Assembly (NCBI GenBank): GCA_963665115.1
Contig: OY762007.1
Span: 1,024,001-1,088,000 of the forward strand
Origin: an uncultured Rivularia sp.
GTDB taxonomy: Bacteria; Cyanobacteriota; Cyanobacteriia; Cyanobacteriales; Nostocaceae
Direction of reading: 5' to 3'
Length of the DNA: 64,000 nucleotides
Part shown: positions 30,800 through 41,396 of the stretch, piece after piece
Position numbering within the stretch: position 1 is the first letter of the stretch
Layout of the letters: every line of letters starts with the position of its first letter
The notes under the pieces: model-generated
Told to the model about the DNA's origin: nothing
Database searches by the model: none
What the model saw: only the letters and a program-made list of their open reading frames with translations
Made by a program: the position numbers and the translations under genes

Positions 30800-31984
30800 A
30801 TGCAAATCTTAATCTTGATACCTGCTTTGGGAAGTGTATATGGTGGACCATCTAAAAGTGTTGTTGAATTAGCTCAAGCTATTGGCACTCATAATATCAA
30901 CGTTGACCTCGTAACTACTAACGCCAATGGTTCAAATAAACTCGATGTTCCACTAAATACCTGGATTCTTAAAGAATATTATCGGATTAAATATTTTTCT
31001 TACCGGGGTTGGAACGATTATAAATTTAGTTTACCCCTAAGTCGATGGTTGTTTCAGCATATAACTGATTATGACCTGGTTCAAACAAACGCTATCTTTT
31101 CCGTTCCTAATTTACCCGCTTACTTCGGCTGTCGTTGGCATAATATTCCCTACGTAGTCATTCCGCGAGGAATGTTAGAACCTTGGGCTTTATCCTACAA
31201 AGTTTGGAAAAAGCGGCTGTACTATAATCTATTTGAACAACCAGCACTCCAGCGAGCGAGTGCGATCCAAATGCTAGCTTCTTCTGAAGCTGAACAAATT
31301 AAACCACTTAACCTCAAAACTCCTGTCACTATTACCCCTAACGGAGTTCATCGTCAAGACTTTGAAAAACTTCCCAATCCCGAACTTTTCTACCAACAAT
31401 TTCCAGATACTCGTAACAAAACTCTGATCCTTTTCTTAGGACGCATCGATCCAAAAAAAGGATTAGACTTATTAGCAACAGCTTTTGGGAAAATATATAC
31501 TCAATTTCCAGAAACTCACTTAATAGTAGCAGGTCCTGATAACATTGGTTTTCTCCCTACAGCTAAAGAATATTTTACCAAAGCAGGTTGTTTAGAAGCT
31601 GTTACTTTCACAGGAATGGTTACAGGTTCTCTTAAATATGCTGCTCTGGCTGCCGCTAGTATTTATGTTGCTCCATCCTATTCAGAAGGATTCAGTATGT
31701 CAGTCTTAGAAGGTATGGCATCAGGCTTACCTTGTGTTATTACCACAGGCTGCAACTTTCCAGAAGCTGCAAAGGTTAACGCTGCATATGTAGTTGATAT
31801 TAATGCTGATGCTATTGCTCAAGCCTTAATCAAATGTTTGAAAGCTCCTCAAGAAGCAAAAGAAATGGGCGATCGCGCTCGTCAACTGATCTTTGAACAA
31901 TACACCTGGAATTCTATAGCCAAAAAACTAATTCGAGTTTATACCGCGATCGTTCAAAATCAACCTATTCCTACTTTAAATTAA
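30800..31984 (+). CDS. GT4 glycosyltransferase
   Basis: YGGPS, LGRIDPKKG and SEGFSMSVLEGMA motifs. Confidence 0.93.
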   Translation: MQILILIPALGSVYGGPSKSVVELAQAIGTHNINVDLVTTNANGSNKLDVPLNTWILKEYYRIKYFSYRGWNDYKFSLPLSRWLFQHITDYDLVQTNAIFSVPNLPAYFGCRWHNIPYVVIPRGMLEPWALSYKVWKKRLYYNLFEQPALQRASAIQMLASSEAEQIKPLNLKTPVTITPNGVHRQDFEKLPNPELFYQQFPDTRNKTLILFLGRIDPKKGLDLLATAFGKIYTQFPETHLIVAGPDNIGFLPTAKEYFTKAGCLEAVTFTGMVTGSLKYAALAAASIYVAPSYSEGFSMSVLEGMASGLPCVITTGCNFPEAAKVNAAYVVDINADAIAQALIKCLKAPQEAKEMGDRARQLIFEQYTWNSIAKKLIRVYTAIVQNQPIPTLN

Positions 31985-32008
31985 CACAAACAAAGAGTAA
32001 TTCAAATT

Positions 32009-32668
32009 ATGACTTTAACTTCTAAAAAATATGAATATTCTTACCAACATAGTAACCTTGGACACCATCACGCTTATTTAACAAAGCCTCTTATGAAAAT
32101 GATAAAAGAAACCATCCATCAATATCCACAAGAACAATCAAAACCTCGTATTTTAGATATTGGTTGTGGTAATGGGAGTTTCACTCATTTCATTGCACAA
32201 CAAGGCTATGAAGTAGTTGGTGTAGAAGAATCTGATTCAGGAATCAAATTAGCTCGCAATAATTTTACTAATTGTCAATTTCTTCAAGGAAGTATTTATA
32301 ATCTACCTGAGACAAAATTAATAGATAAGTTCGATATTGTTATTTCTCTAGAAGTAATTGAACACTTATTTTATCCTAAAGAATTGGTACGAGCAGCTAA
32401 AAAAGTTCTCAAACCAAATGGACGTTTAATTGTTACAACGCCTTATCATGGCTATTTGAAAAATCTTGCCCTTGCGCTTTCAGGTAAAATGGATGCTCAC
32501 TTTCATGCACTTTGGGATGGCGGACATATAAAATTCTTTTCCGTTAAAACTTTAACCACTTTACTCGAATCAGAAAACTATACAGATATACATTTTGAAT
32601 TTGCAGGTAGATATCCCTATCTATGGAAAGCAATGTTGTGTTCTAGTACATTAACTCAGTCCGAATAA
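32009..32668 (+). CDS. Class I SAM-dependent methyltransferase
   Basis: ILDIGCGNG, EVIEHL and LKPNG motifs. Confidence 0.92.
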   Translation: MTLTSKKYEYSYQHSNLGHHHAYLTKPLMKMIKETIHQYPQEQSKPRILDIGCGNGSFTHFIAQQGYEVVGVEESDSGIKLARNNFTNCQFLQGSIYNLPETKLIDKFDIVISLEVIEHLFYPKELVRAAKKVLKPNGRLIVTTPYHGYLKNLALALSGKMDAHFHALWDGGHIKFFSVKTLTTLLESENYTDIHFEFAGRYPYLWKAMLCSSTLTQSE

Positions 32669-32688
32669 ACCTAATTAATTTTTCTAAA

Positions 32689-33480
32689 ATGCTAGAAAAA
32701 ATTACTCCACTCATTCTCACGTACAACGAAGCTCCTAATATCGAACGTACCCTTCAACATCTTACCTGGGCAAAGACAATTGTTGTAATTGATAGTTACA
32801 GCACAGATAATACATTAGACATTGTAAAATCTTACCCCCAAGTTCAAATTTTTCAAAGAAAGTTTGATTCCTTTGCAGATCAGTGTAATTATGGATTAGG
32901 AAAAATAGCATCTGAATGGGTACTATCACTAGATGCTGATTATGTTTTAACAGATGAGCTAATTAGTGAAATAAAAAGTTTGCAAAGGGCACTTAAAGTA
33001 AATAGTTATAGTGTTAGATTTAAGTATTGTGTTTTTGGAAAACCTTTACACAGTACTTTACTTCCACCTCGAAAAGTACTCTACAAAAGGGAAAAAGCAA
33101 CTTATGAAAATGATGGTCATGCACATCGAGTTAATGTAGAGGGAGAATCGGCAGTACTCTCTTCTTACATCCATCATGACGATCGCAAACCTTTAAGTCG
33201 ATGGTTATCGGCGCAAGACTATTACATGAGAATTGAAGTCAAAAAACTTACCTATTCCAATAAACACGAATTAAGCCTAAGTGATAAAATCCGCAAATAT
33301 AAAATTTTCGCTCCTTTAATTATATTTTTTTATTGTTTAATCATTAAAGGCGGTATTCTTGATGGTTGGCATGGTTGGTACTATGCTTTTCAACGAATGC
33401 TTGCGGAAATTCTTTTATCTATTCGTTTAATCGAATTTGAAAAACTACCAAAACAAGAACTTACTGAAAGTAACGCATAA
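32689..33480 (+). CDS. GT2 glycosyltransferase
   Basis: ILTYNE, DSYSTD and LDAD (DxD) motifs. Confidence 0.92.
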   Translation: MLEKITPLILTYNEAPNIERTLQHLTWAKTIVVIDSYSTDNTLDIVKSYPQVQIFQRKFDSFADQCNYGLGKIASEWVLSLDADYVLTDELISEIKSLQRALKVNSYSVRFKYCVFGKPLHSTLLPPRKVLYKREKATYENDGHAHRVNVEGESAVLSSYIHHDDRKPLSRWLSAQDYYMRIEVKKLTYSNKHELSLSDKIRKYKIFAPLIIFFYCLIIKGGILDGWHGWYYAFQRMLAEILLSIRLIEFEKLPKQELTESNA

Positions 33481-33563
33481 TGTTTTAGCGATAGCAATTA
33501 ATGCCGTAAGCGATATATTAAATATATCATCAAAAATATATGTACTAATTCCGAATTAAAATT

Positions 33564-34187
33564 TTGCTCTCAAAAACCCAATTAATGAAATGGCTTTATG
33601 ATTTCATCTTTAAATACCGATTTATCGCCCTAATAGCATTTCTCCTGATTCTGCTAGGAACAATCCCCATCAAGTTAACCATTGCATCATACCAAGCACC
33701 CAAACCCCAAGCAATTCTTATCCTTGGCGGTGGAAACGAAAGAGAAAAATTTACCGCTCAATTTGCTCAAAATCATCCGTCTCTTGATATTTGGGTTTCC
33801 AGCGGTATTTCCTGCAAACAAGCAAACAAGATTTTCGGTGAAGCTCGAATTCCTAAATCAAGGATTAATCTTGACTACCGCGCTGTAGATACAGTCACTA
33901 ATTTTACTTCTTTAGTCGAAGACTTTGAAAAACTTAATCTCAAACATTTATATATAGTAACTTCTGATTTTCATCTACCCAGAGCAAAGGCGATCGCCAC
34001 AATTGTTCTTGGCAGTCACGGAATAACATTCACTCCCGTTTCTGTTCCTTCGCAACAACCAAAAGAATCATTTCTACATATTTCTCGCGATATATTTCGT
34101 TCTATATTTTGGATTATTACAGGCCGTAGCGGTGCAAGTCTTAATCCCAATCTTCCCTCACTTGATAGCAGAAGATGCGATGACTGA
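33564..34187 (+). CDS. YdcF/DUF218 family protein
   Basis: ILILGGG, VSSG, DTVTNF and VTSDFHLPRA motifs; start may be ATG 33585. Confidence 0.88.
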   Translation: MLSKTQLMKWLYDFIFKYRFIALIAFLLILLGTIPIKLTIASYQAPKPQAILILGGGNEREKFTAQFAQNHPSLDIWVSSGISCKQANKIFGEARIPKSRINLDYRAVDTVTNFTSLVEDFEKLNLKHLYIVTSDFHLPRAKAIATIVLGSHGITFTPVSVPSQQPKESFLHISRDIFRSIFWIITGRSGASLNPNLPSLDSRRCDD

Positions 34188-34476
34188 CTCTTCAGGCTTT
34201 TGGGTCACTTTCGGGCAACAACTGGAGTAAAAATGCCAATGCATTTATGCATAATTTATGTTTGGAAATGAAAAGCCTAAAAACTATATATAGTATTATG
34301 TTGATTTAAAATCTGTGTAATTTCATAGCTGGCGATACAAAAAATAATCGCACATATAAGACTTAAACACGGGATCATAATTCGCGTATTTATTTCTATA
34401 CTACTTCATTCTACCTTCCCAAAATTTTTGAAATAGTTGCAGCCATTTACTTTCAGCTTATTTTAGTGCCATTCGA

Positions 34477-37191
34477 TTACAGCCAATTACCAACTAAAAC
34501 AAAAGCCGCCCAATAGTAAGGATGCTGAAACTTAGATTGTTGCAGAATTTTTATTTGAGCTTGACGTAAAGCTTCAGCTTTAGTAATTCCAGACTGATTT
34601 AATTGCTCGTACAAATTTACCATCATCTGGGAAGTTGATTCGTCATCCACAGCCCATAAACTCGCTATAGTACTGCGTGCGCCGGAGCGCACGGCTACAC
34701 CAGCTAATCCCAAAGGAGCGCGTTTGTCGCCGCTAGCTGTTTTACAAGCGCTGAGAACTAATAATTCGATGGGATTATTGCTAAGTTGTTCTCTGCTGTG
34801 GAGAATATCGCCTAACTCTTTCACGTCTAAACGGTTATCCCAAGTAAGCACAAATGTGTCTTCTGCTTTAGAACTAAATTCACCGTGGGTTGCTAAATGT
34901 ACTACGGGGAAAGGTGTTTTATTAATTTGTTTTTGCAAAGCTTCGCTGGTAAAGTTTTGATTGAAAAGTACCTGAGTGGGAATTTCGTTATTAATTTGAT
35001 CGATTTCGGTTTTTACTCCAGGTAACGCCACAAAACCCTGCCTTCCTTCGCTTAAAGCACCAACTAAAACTTTCATTTTCTGACTTTCCAAAGGTTGAGG
35101 TGATAGCAATTGCATTCCTGGAGCTAAAGCAAGATTATATTTTTCTAATAAATACTGCTTTCCATCATATAAGGCTGCTACGGGCACATTTTTTAATGAA
35201 CCATCTAAAACAAATGCCAAAGTTTTAATTTCCGACGCTGCCAAATCTGCTTCTAATGGTTTAACAAGTAGATTATAAATTTCTTGACAGATAGCAAAAT
35301 GTTGTTTTTTTAGATATTTACGTCTGATGGCACGGCGCATTGTCTGAACCTTTTTTTCCAGTTCGTTTTGAGAAATAGCCGTAGTATAGTGTCTTAGAGG
35401 TTGATTTGGTAAGGAAAGAATAGTTTCTAAACGATTATCTAAAATAATTGGATAAATAACTGCTGCTTGAGTATCAATTTCATCAATTTGAGTAGGATTC
35501 GCTTTCAAACATGGCTCGTTAAAGAAATTATTTAATTCTGCTAGCTGTAGAGATTCAATCACTTTGCGAGCTTTATTAAGTCTTTCTTGACTTTCTTCTT
35601 TTATTTCTGGAGTTAACAATAAACTGACAAACTCTCGATAAACGGGTTCTACGCTTTCACGAAACGAAAACTGAATATCAACATTGCTAGCAACTAACTC
35701 ATTGCGAATAGAATCAAGAGTTTTAACAGCACTTTCATATGCTGAAATTGCTTCTACAAAGTTATTCTGCTGTTTTAATAATCTTCCTAGCTGCCATTCC
35801 CAACGATAAGCAACATCGGGAGCATTACTTGTTTGTGCGAGCATTAATGCTTTTCTGGTTAAGGTTTTTGCTGATTTTAATTGTTGGGTTTGTTCGTAAA
35901 TATGTCCTAAGTAACCAAGAGCGTAAGATTGCGCTCTATCATCTCCTATACTTTCGGCTTGTTGAACTGCTTTTGCAATATTACTTGCCATCTTATTTGC
36001 AGTTTCTTGTTTATTGAGTGTATCCTTACTGTTTAATTTGTCGATGCTTTGTACGTAGTTAACTAATGCATATACTGATGTTCTACTAGGTACTAATCTC
36101 TGCAATTGAGGCTGTATTTGCGCTGCTAAGACTTTAGCTTCCGATAGTTTTTGACTATCTACTAAAAGACGCAGTTTATTCAACTCTGCTTGAAGTTTTA
36201 TCGCTAAAGATTTTGATTTTTCAATTGCTCGATTGTAATATTTTAAAGCTTCCTGAGTTTTTTTTTCAAAACGAGAAGTATTACCCAAAGCTAAAAGAAT
36301 TGTGCTGATATTAGTGTTGGAATTAAGTTTTTGAGCTATAGCTAAGCTTTGCTGTAGGGTTTTCTTGGAATCGCGAAGATTTCCTGTCAGCCTTAAAGTA
36401 TCTCCTTTCTGGAGTAAACTAACAATCTTTAAGGGAGAATCTGGTTGATTCTCTAAAGTTTGATTAACCTCATTTAAAGTATTTAATGCACGATTATGCA
36501 TTCCCAATCGACTGTAAGCTTGAGTTTGATTGAGCAAACAGCGAGTTAATCCGTTTTTATCTCCAGCTTTTTCGTATATTTTCACCGCACGCTGCCAAAC
36601 AATTAATGCATCTTCAGTTTTACCTTCAGACAATAGTAAACTTCCTTGAATATTTAGCGTAGCAGCGAAAAGACTTGGATTATCTTTTGGAAGAGAGGAT
36701 AAAAGCTCAATACTTTTGGCGATCGCCTTTTTTGCTTCGGTGATTTTTCCTAATTTTTGATATGCTTGTGCCAAGTTACCCAGCACCATCGCTTGATTTA
36801 CTGTATCGCCTTGAGAAATCAGAATTTGTAGCGCCTGCTGCCACTGTATAATTGCTTCAGTAAACTGTTGATTTTGATAGTTTTGTTTACCGGCTTGTGT
36901 CAATGAGGCTGGAGAATCAACATTTTTTTTTGTCTGTAAATCTACTGTATTTGATCCTGGTATTGTTTCTAAAGACTTGGCGTATTTCTGTACGTATTCA
37001 TATTGTGGAGTTGATGCAGCGGCACTCGATATAAATAGACTCAAGTCGAAATTTTTATTGAATATAGTAATAGTAAATAATAAAGTTAATAACCCCAAAA
37101 AAATATTATATTTAGTTTTATTTTTTAGATGTACTGTAAACTTTAAGTTCAAATCTAGAATAAAATTTTTCCAATCGTTTTTCACATTCAT
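34477..37191 (-). CDS. TPR + CHAT (caspase/HetF-like) domain protein
   Basis: TPR repeats; HLATHG and LSAC His-Cys dyad; HPYYWAAFVLVGNWL terminus. Confidence 0.93.
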   Translation of the reverse strand: MNVKNDWKNFILDLNLKFTVHLKNKTKYNIFLGLLTLLFTITIFNKNFDLSLFISSAAASTPQYEYVQKYAKSLETIPGSNTVDLQTKKNVDSPASLTQAGKQNYQNQQFTEAIIQWQQALQILISQGDTVNQAMVLGNLAQAYQKLGKITEAKKAIAKSIELLSSLPKDNPSLFAATLNIQGSLLLSEGKTEDALIVWQRAVKIYEKAGDKNGLTRCLLNQTQAYSRLGMHNRALNTLNEVNQTLENQPDSPLKIVSLLQKGDTLRLTGNLRDSKKTLQQSLAIAQKLNSNTNISTILLALGNTSRFEKKTQEALKYYNRAIEKSKSLAIKLQAELNKLRLLVDSQKLSEAKVLAAQIQPQLQRLVPSRTSVYALVNYVQSIDKLNSKDTLNKQETANKMASNIAKAVQQAESIGDDRAQSYALGYLGHIYEQTQQLKSAKTLTRKALMLAQTSNAPDVAYRWEWQLGRLLKQQNNFVEAISAYESAVKTLDSIRNELVASNVDIQFSFRESVEPVYREFVSLLLTPEIKEESQERLNKARKVIESLQLAELNNFFNEPCLKANPTQIDEIDTQAAVIYPIILDNRLETILSLPNQPLRHYTTAISQNELEKKVQTMRRAIRRKYLKKQHFAICQEIYNLLVKPLEADLAASEIKTLAFVLDGSLKNVPVAALYDGKQYLLEKYNLALAPGMQLLSPQPLESQKMKVLVGALSEGRQGFVALPGVKTEIDQINNEIPTQVLFNQNFTSEALQKQINKTPFPVVHLATHGEFSSKAEDTFVLTWDNRLDVKELGDILHSREQLSNNPIELLVLSACKTASGDKRAPLGLAGVAVRSGARSTIASLWAVDDESTSQMMVNLYEQLNQSGITKAEALRQAQIKILQQSKFQHPYYWAAFVLVGNWL

Positions 37192-37358
37192 TTTAAACTT
37201 TCAATAATTTTTTATTCAATATATATTGGAACAAATTATCTTATCTATCAAGGCTTTAAAAATATAAGTATAAATAGAATAACTGCATAACACAGCTTAT
37301 TTAATGCAAATAATAAAGTTTCAATACACCCTTGATTCGGATGAGAATATTCCTGTTG

Positions 37359-38177
37359 CTAAAACACAGTTGCATTTATTGGCTTAAAATTTTTGTCAAA
37401 AAACGCTGATAATGAAAAATCAAATTCTTGACCTCTTTCTATAAAACCACAAAAGCCATCTTTTTTGGCATCGGGAAGTTTATTTGGTTGATAGTGGTAA
37501 AGCCACATTTTATTTTTTATAGATAATGGCAAAGTTAATAATTCCTGGTAATGAGCATGAACCCCGCTAGGAAATTTCGCAGTTTCACAATCTTGAAAAA
37601 TAATATCTGCTTCCTGGTAGAATTTATCTAAAACATTTAAACGCATTTGTGTATCTGTAGTTAAAAATATTTTGATGCCATTGATTTCAAAAAATAAACC
37701 GTAGCTAGGCATAATAACATGGTGAGAATCTACATGAATAACTTTAATTAAGTTAATTTTAATATTGTCCCAAATAAAATTTCTATTCTGATCTATTTTT
37801 ACTTCTTCAAAAAAAGTGTCTAAAGTCGCTACTTCATTTTCTATATATCTCATTCCTCCGGATAATGAATGAATCCAAAGGTTTTTAGCTAGTTCAGTAT
37901 CTAAATAAAGCTTTGGTTTCTCGCATCTTGGATCAAATTTGGTGCTGAAGCCAATAAATTCAAGTCCACCAACATGATCTGCATGAATATGACTAATATA
38001 AATATCGGTGATATCAAGATGAGAAAATCCTGTTCTGTACAAAGAATATCTGATATCTGAACCACAATCTATCAATAATTTTTTTCCAGTATCACTTACT
38101 AAAAGCATATTTGATTGATAGTTATCCGTGCCAAAAGTAAAAGCACAGCCAGAACCTAAAAACAGTAATTTTGTCAT
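37359..38177 (-). CDS. MBL-fold metallo-hydrolase (RNase Z/phosphodiesterase-like)
   Basis: FLGSG, LIDCG, SHIHADH, TTD, HAHY and LYHY motifs. Confidence 0.9.
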   Translation of the reverse strand: MTKLLFLGSGCAFTFGTDNYQSNMLLVSDTGKKLLIDCGSDIRYSLYRTGFSHLDITDIYISHIHADHVGGLEFIGFSTKFDPRCEKPKLYLDTELAKNLWIHSLSGGMRYIENEVATLDTFFEEVKIDQNRNFIWDNIKINLIKVIHVDSHHVIMPSYGLFFEINGIKIFLTTDTQMRLNVLDKFYQEADIIFQDCETAKFPSGVHAHYQELLTLPLSIKNKMWLYHYQPNKLPDAKKDGFCGFIERGQEFDFSLSAFFDKNFKPINATVF

Positions 38178-38370
38178 CAGTTTGAATCAATGTTTTAAAT
38201 CTTTTTGCTAATTCGTTAGAGTCTCTGTCTTTAAGTTTTCATTTTTTTTCATTAATCTAAATCTCAATTCCTAACTCTCTCGACGTAAATATCGAGAGAG
38301 CAATGGAATAAACTGGTATTTAAAATATTATGCACCCAAGTGCAAACCAAAGACGGTTTACATATTTTTC

Positions 38371-39132
38371 CTAACTTTCAACTTTACAAACGTGATTCAT
38401 CGATTCCGAGACTACCTGGTTTAAACCCACAGAAGTTAACAATTGATTCCAATAAAACATCGTAGTAGAGTCATTAGGATCGATACAGCGTTGTTGAGCT
38501 ACATTATTGATAGCTTCGTGCCAAATACCAGCATCAGCATAAACCTTAGAACGATGTTTTGGTTCTAATTTATTTAACTTCATTCGCACAGCTAAACTCG
38601 GTTTTGTTCGTTCTACCCAGCCTTCAACAGTTACAGTCTCATCCGTTTGAGAACTGCAATTTACTTCCAGGAACCAATGATATTGCTTATTCACCTTCAA
38701 GCCTGGAACTTCGGCAGGGAGGGTAAATGCAAAAATTCCCGGCTTTTGAGGAAGCCTTAAATCGGTTTCATAAACGACATCTTCGTTATCATCTAATAAC
38801 ATAAATGCAGCTTCACGAACATCAGATTCAGATATATGCCAGTAAAATGTTGGTCGTTCGTTGAAAGTTAGCCCCACTTGTTTTTCAGGTATCAAAGAAA
38901 TTAAACGGTTTTCTTTTTGCGTACAACCACCACGAGTTGCTCCACCAGCTGTTGACTCCGGTGCCCCTTGGCGTTTTCCAGGTTTAAAACTCTGGCTAAT
39001 TAACATCGGGGCTTCCCGCTCAGCCACAAATTGGTTGGAAGAATTTGCTCGCACTGATACCAAAGAAACGGTAGACAGTGCCATAGATATGGGAATCGCT
39101 GCAAGATATAGATTTTTTTTAATCCAATTCAT
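38371..39132 (-). CDS. DUF928 domain protein
   Basis: GGATRG, PTFYW, YHW and YADAGIWHEA motifs; signal peptide from ATG 39132. Confidence 0.9.
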   Translation of the reverse strand: MNWIKKNLYLAAIPISMALSTVSLVSVRANSSNQFVAEREAPMLISQSFKPGKRQGAPESTAGGATRGGCTQKENRLISLIPEKQVGLTFNERPTFYWHISESDVREAAFMLLDDNEDVVYETDLRLPQKPGIFAFTLPAEVPGLKVNKQYHWFLEVNCSSQTDETVTVEGWVERTKPSLAVRMKLNKLEPKHRSKVYADAGIWHEAINNVAQQRCIDPNDSTTMFYWNQLLTSVGLNQVVSESMNHVCKVES

Positions 39133-39331
39133 TGGCAAACCTCTTCGCTTATTAATATTATTTGCCGAATATATATTCGTGTTATCGTCTTTGCTATCAA
39201 GGTAATATCTCATAAACACTACCAATCATATTTAGTATTCCCACAGGGAAGTTAAAACTCCCAATTTTTGCTTAAATATGTTTTTCGTTAAGGGGAATAG
39301 GGAACAGGGAAAATATTTTTAGTTTTTCAAT

Positions 39332-39452
39332 TACTTCGCTCCCACATAATTACTTTTAGTGCGAGCCGGAAAGCTCGCTGGTTGTCACGAGGGAGCGAGA
39401 CGCTCCCACTACGAATAATCTACCCCGCAAAACTAATGTGGTGGTGGAATAC
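39332..39452. repeat. MITE-like repeat with internal hairpins
   Basis: Imperfect ends CCCACATAATT / AACTAATGTGG; hairpins GCGAGC..GCTCGC and GGGAGCG..CGCTCCC; related end at about 61258. Confidence 0.5.
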
Positions 39453-39561
39453 TGGTGGTTGATTGCATAAATTCTGAAGGGTTCGTTTTTCCCGTAACCT
39501 TCGGGAGACGTTATGTATAACGTCTCTACAACCCGTTAAAATTAATGAAAAGGACTACTAG
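39453..39561. mobile_element. 110-bp MITE family copy abutting the ltrA stop codon
   Basis: Nearly identical to 17655-17764. Confidence 0.85.
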
Positions 39562-40745
39562 CCATGAAAGCCAATTCTAGATTCGTGCTTTCCTGTTAAA
39601 TCTAGAACAACAGTTACAATGCAGGCGATCGCCACAAGTAAAGACAAAACTAGAGGGGAAATATAGCTACCGCTCACAGCAAGAGCTAAAACAAACGCAC
39701 CTGCACCAAGACGGTAAATACTTAAAATTCTAGCTTTTATATTTTTTTCTAAAATGCAGGTAATCAAATTAGTGAAGGCTAAGGTAATTAAACACAAAGT
39801 TACTGCACCGCAAAAAAGCCAGCGTTCGGATTCAGTTAGAATATTTTCTCCGCTCTTAGATATCATATGTTCAACTCCCACTCCTGTCGCTGCCAAAGCA
39901 ATAGCCAAAACCACATGAGAATAAAGCCAGCACAGAACCATACCAATCCGACCTGTTTTCATATTTTCTAAAACGGAACCACTGACGCTATCGAAGTAAA
40001 GCCACCAAAAGCTAAAAGCTATGCTTAATCCCAAAAGAGCAATTAACGTAGAGGAAAAATTCCATTCTTGTTCTGCTACACCTCTAACTACAGCTACAAT
40101 TGATTCACCTAAAACAATTATGGTAAACAGTCCCAGTCTTTCGGGTACGTGGGATATATCTGGTGGTATCTTAGTTGCTAAATGACCCGTACCTAAAGGA
40201 ATTAGGAAATCTAAAATTAATCCGGCTCCCCAAAGTACAAAACGCCAGGGAATTGGTACAAAAATTGATATCAACCACAATAGGGCACTAACACTAAAGC
40301 CTACAGCATACCAATTAGTTAAAGGACGCGCTTCTTTGATATAATATCCAGCAAAAATAAACTGAAAAATCAGAATACAGCGCACGGCGACATAACTAAG
40401 AGCGAAGTTAGTAGAAGATGTACTAAGCCCGTGATGTACGTTCACCGCTAAGGCTGCAACTATCATCATTTGCAGTAGAGTCAATAGTCTATCTCTGATA
40501 TCGTCAGTATCAAAGAGAGTTGCGTAAAATGTAGCTCCCAACCAGCAAAACCAAATAGGTATAAACAATGCTACGAAACTGATGAATCCCTGCACTGAAA
40601 CATCTTTGCTGAGACTGTGAGACAATTCGGAAATTGCTACAACAAATATTAAATCGTAGAATAACTCCAACCATGTAGCTTTTCTTTCTTCTTCGCTTTC
40701 TTCATTAGTACGTAATCTGGGCGGCTGCCATAAACCTGTTTTCAT
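39558..40745 (-). CDS. ltrA: Low temperature requirement protein A family membrane protein
   Basis: ATWLELFYDLIFV and ERLGLFTIIVLGE motifs. Confidence 0.92.
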   Translation of the reverse strand: MKTGLWQPPRLRTNEESEEERKATWLELFYDLIFVVAISELSHSLSKDVSVQGFISFVALFIPIWFCWLGATFYATLFDTDDIRDRLLTLLQMMIVAALAVNVHHGLSTSSTNFALSYVAVRCILIFQFIFAGYYIKEARPLTNWYAVGFSVSALLWLISIFVPIPWRFVLWGAGLILDFLIPLGTGHLATKIPPDISHVPERLGLFTIIVLGESIVAVVRGVAEQEWNFSSTLIALLGLSIAFSFWWLYFDSVSGSVLENMKTGRIGMVLCWLYSHVVLAIALAATGVGVEHMISKSGENILTESERWLFCGAVTLCLITLAFTNLITCILEKNIKARILSIYRLGAGAFVLALAVSGSYISPLVLSLLVAIACIVTVVLDLTGKHESRIGFHG

Positions 40746-41396
40746 ATGATGTGGTAATAGGAACTAAACTATTAATTTATTTTTTTGGTATAAAAAAAAT
40801 AATTTTTAACAGGCTTTTCGCGGCTAGAATACTTAATATATCTTAATTGTTTAAGTTAGTTGAAAAAGTTCTGAAAATACAGTGTTTTCAGTAGAAACAA
40901 GACTGAGTTGGAGCTAAACATCTAGGCAGAAGATTGTCAAACAACAATGCGAATGGCATACTTAACTCTGTATTCATTCATACAAATTATTATCTACCCA
41001 AGTGAAGAGTGTCAATATTTATTGCTTATTCATGTCGATATAGTTTGATGCAGTATAGTTCTGACACCAAATCGTTCAAAGTAAAAATTACTATGTGTTT
41101 TTACTGAAGATAATATTAAACGACAATGCTATATTGCTTCAAGTAATTATGATTATTTACGAGTATTCACTTAATAAGCCCTAACACTGTTCTGTATAAA
41201 AACAAGAGAGTTATTCGCAACGGAAATTAATTCTCTCGCTTTAAATTTCTTAAACAATTTTCCCGCGTAGAGTATTTTTTTAGATTTCTACTTTCAGAGA
41301 AAAAATAGTATTGCATTTTTATGATTGATAACTTCTCGTTATCACAAAATATTTGCTTGATTTCAAATTATTTACGTTACAGGAGAAAATAGCATC

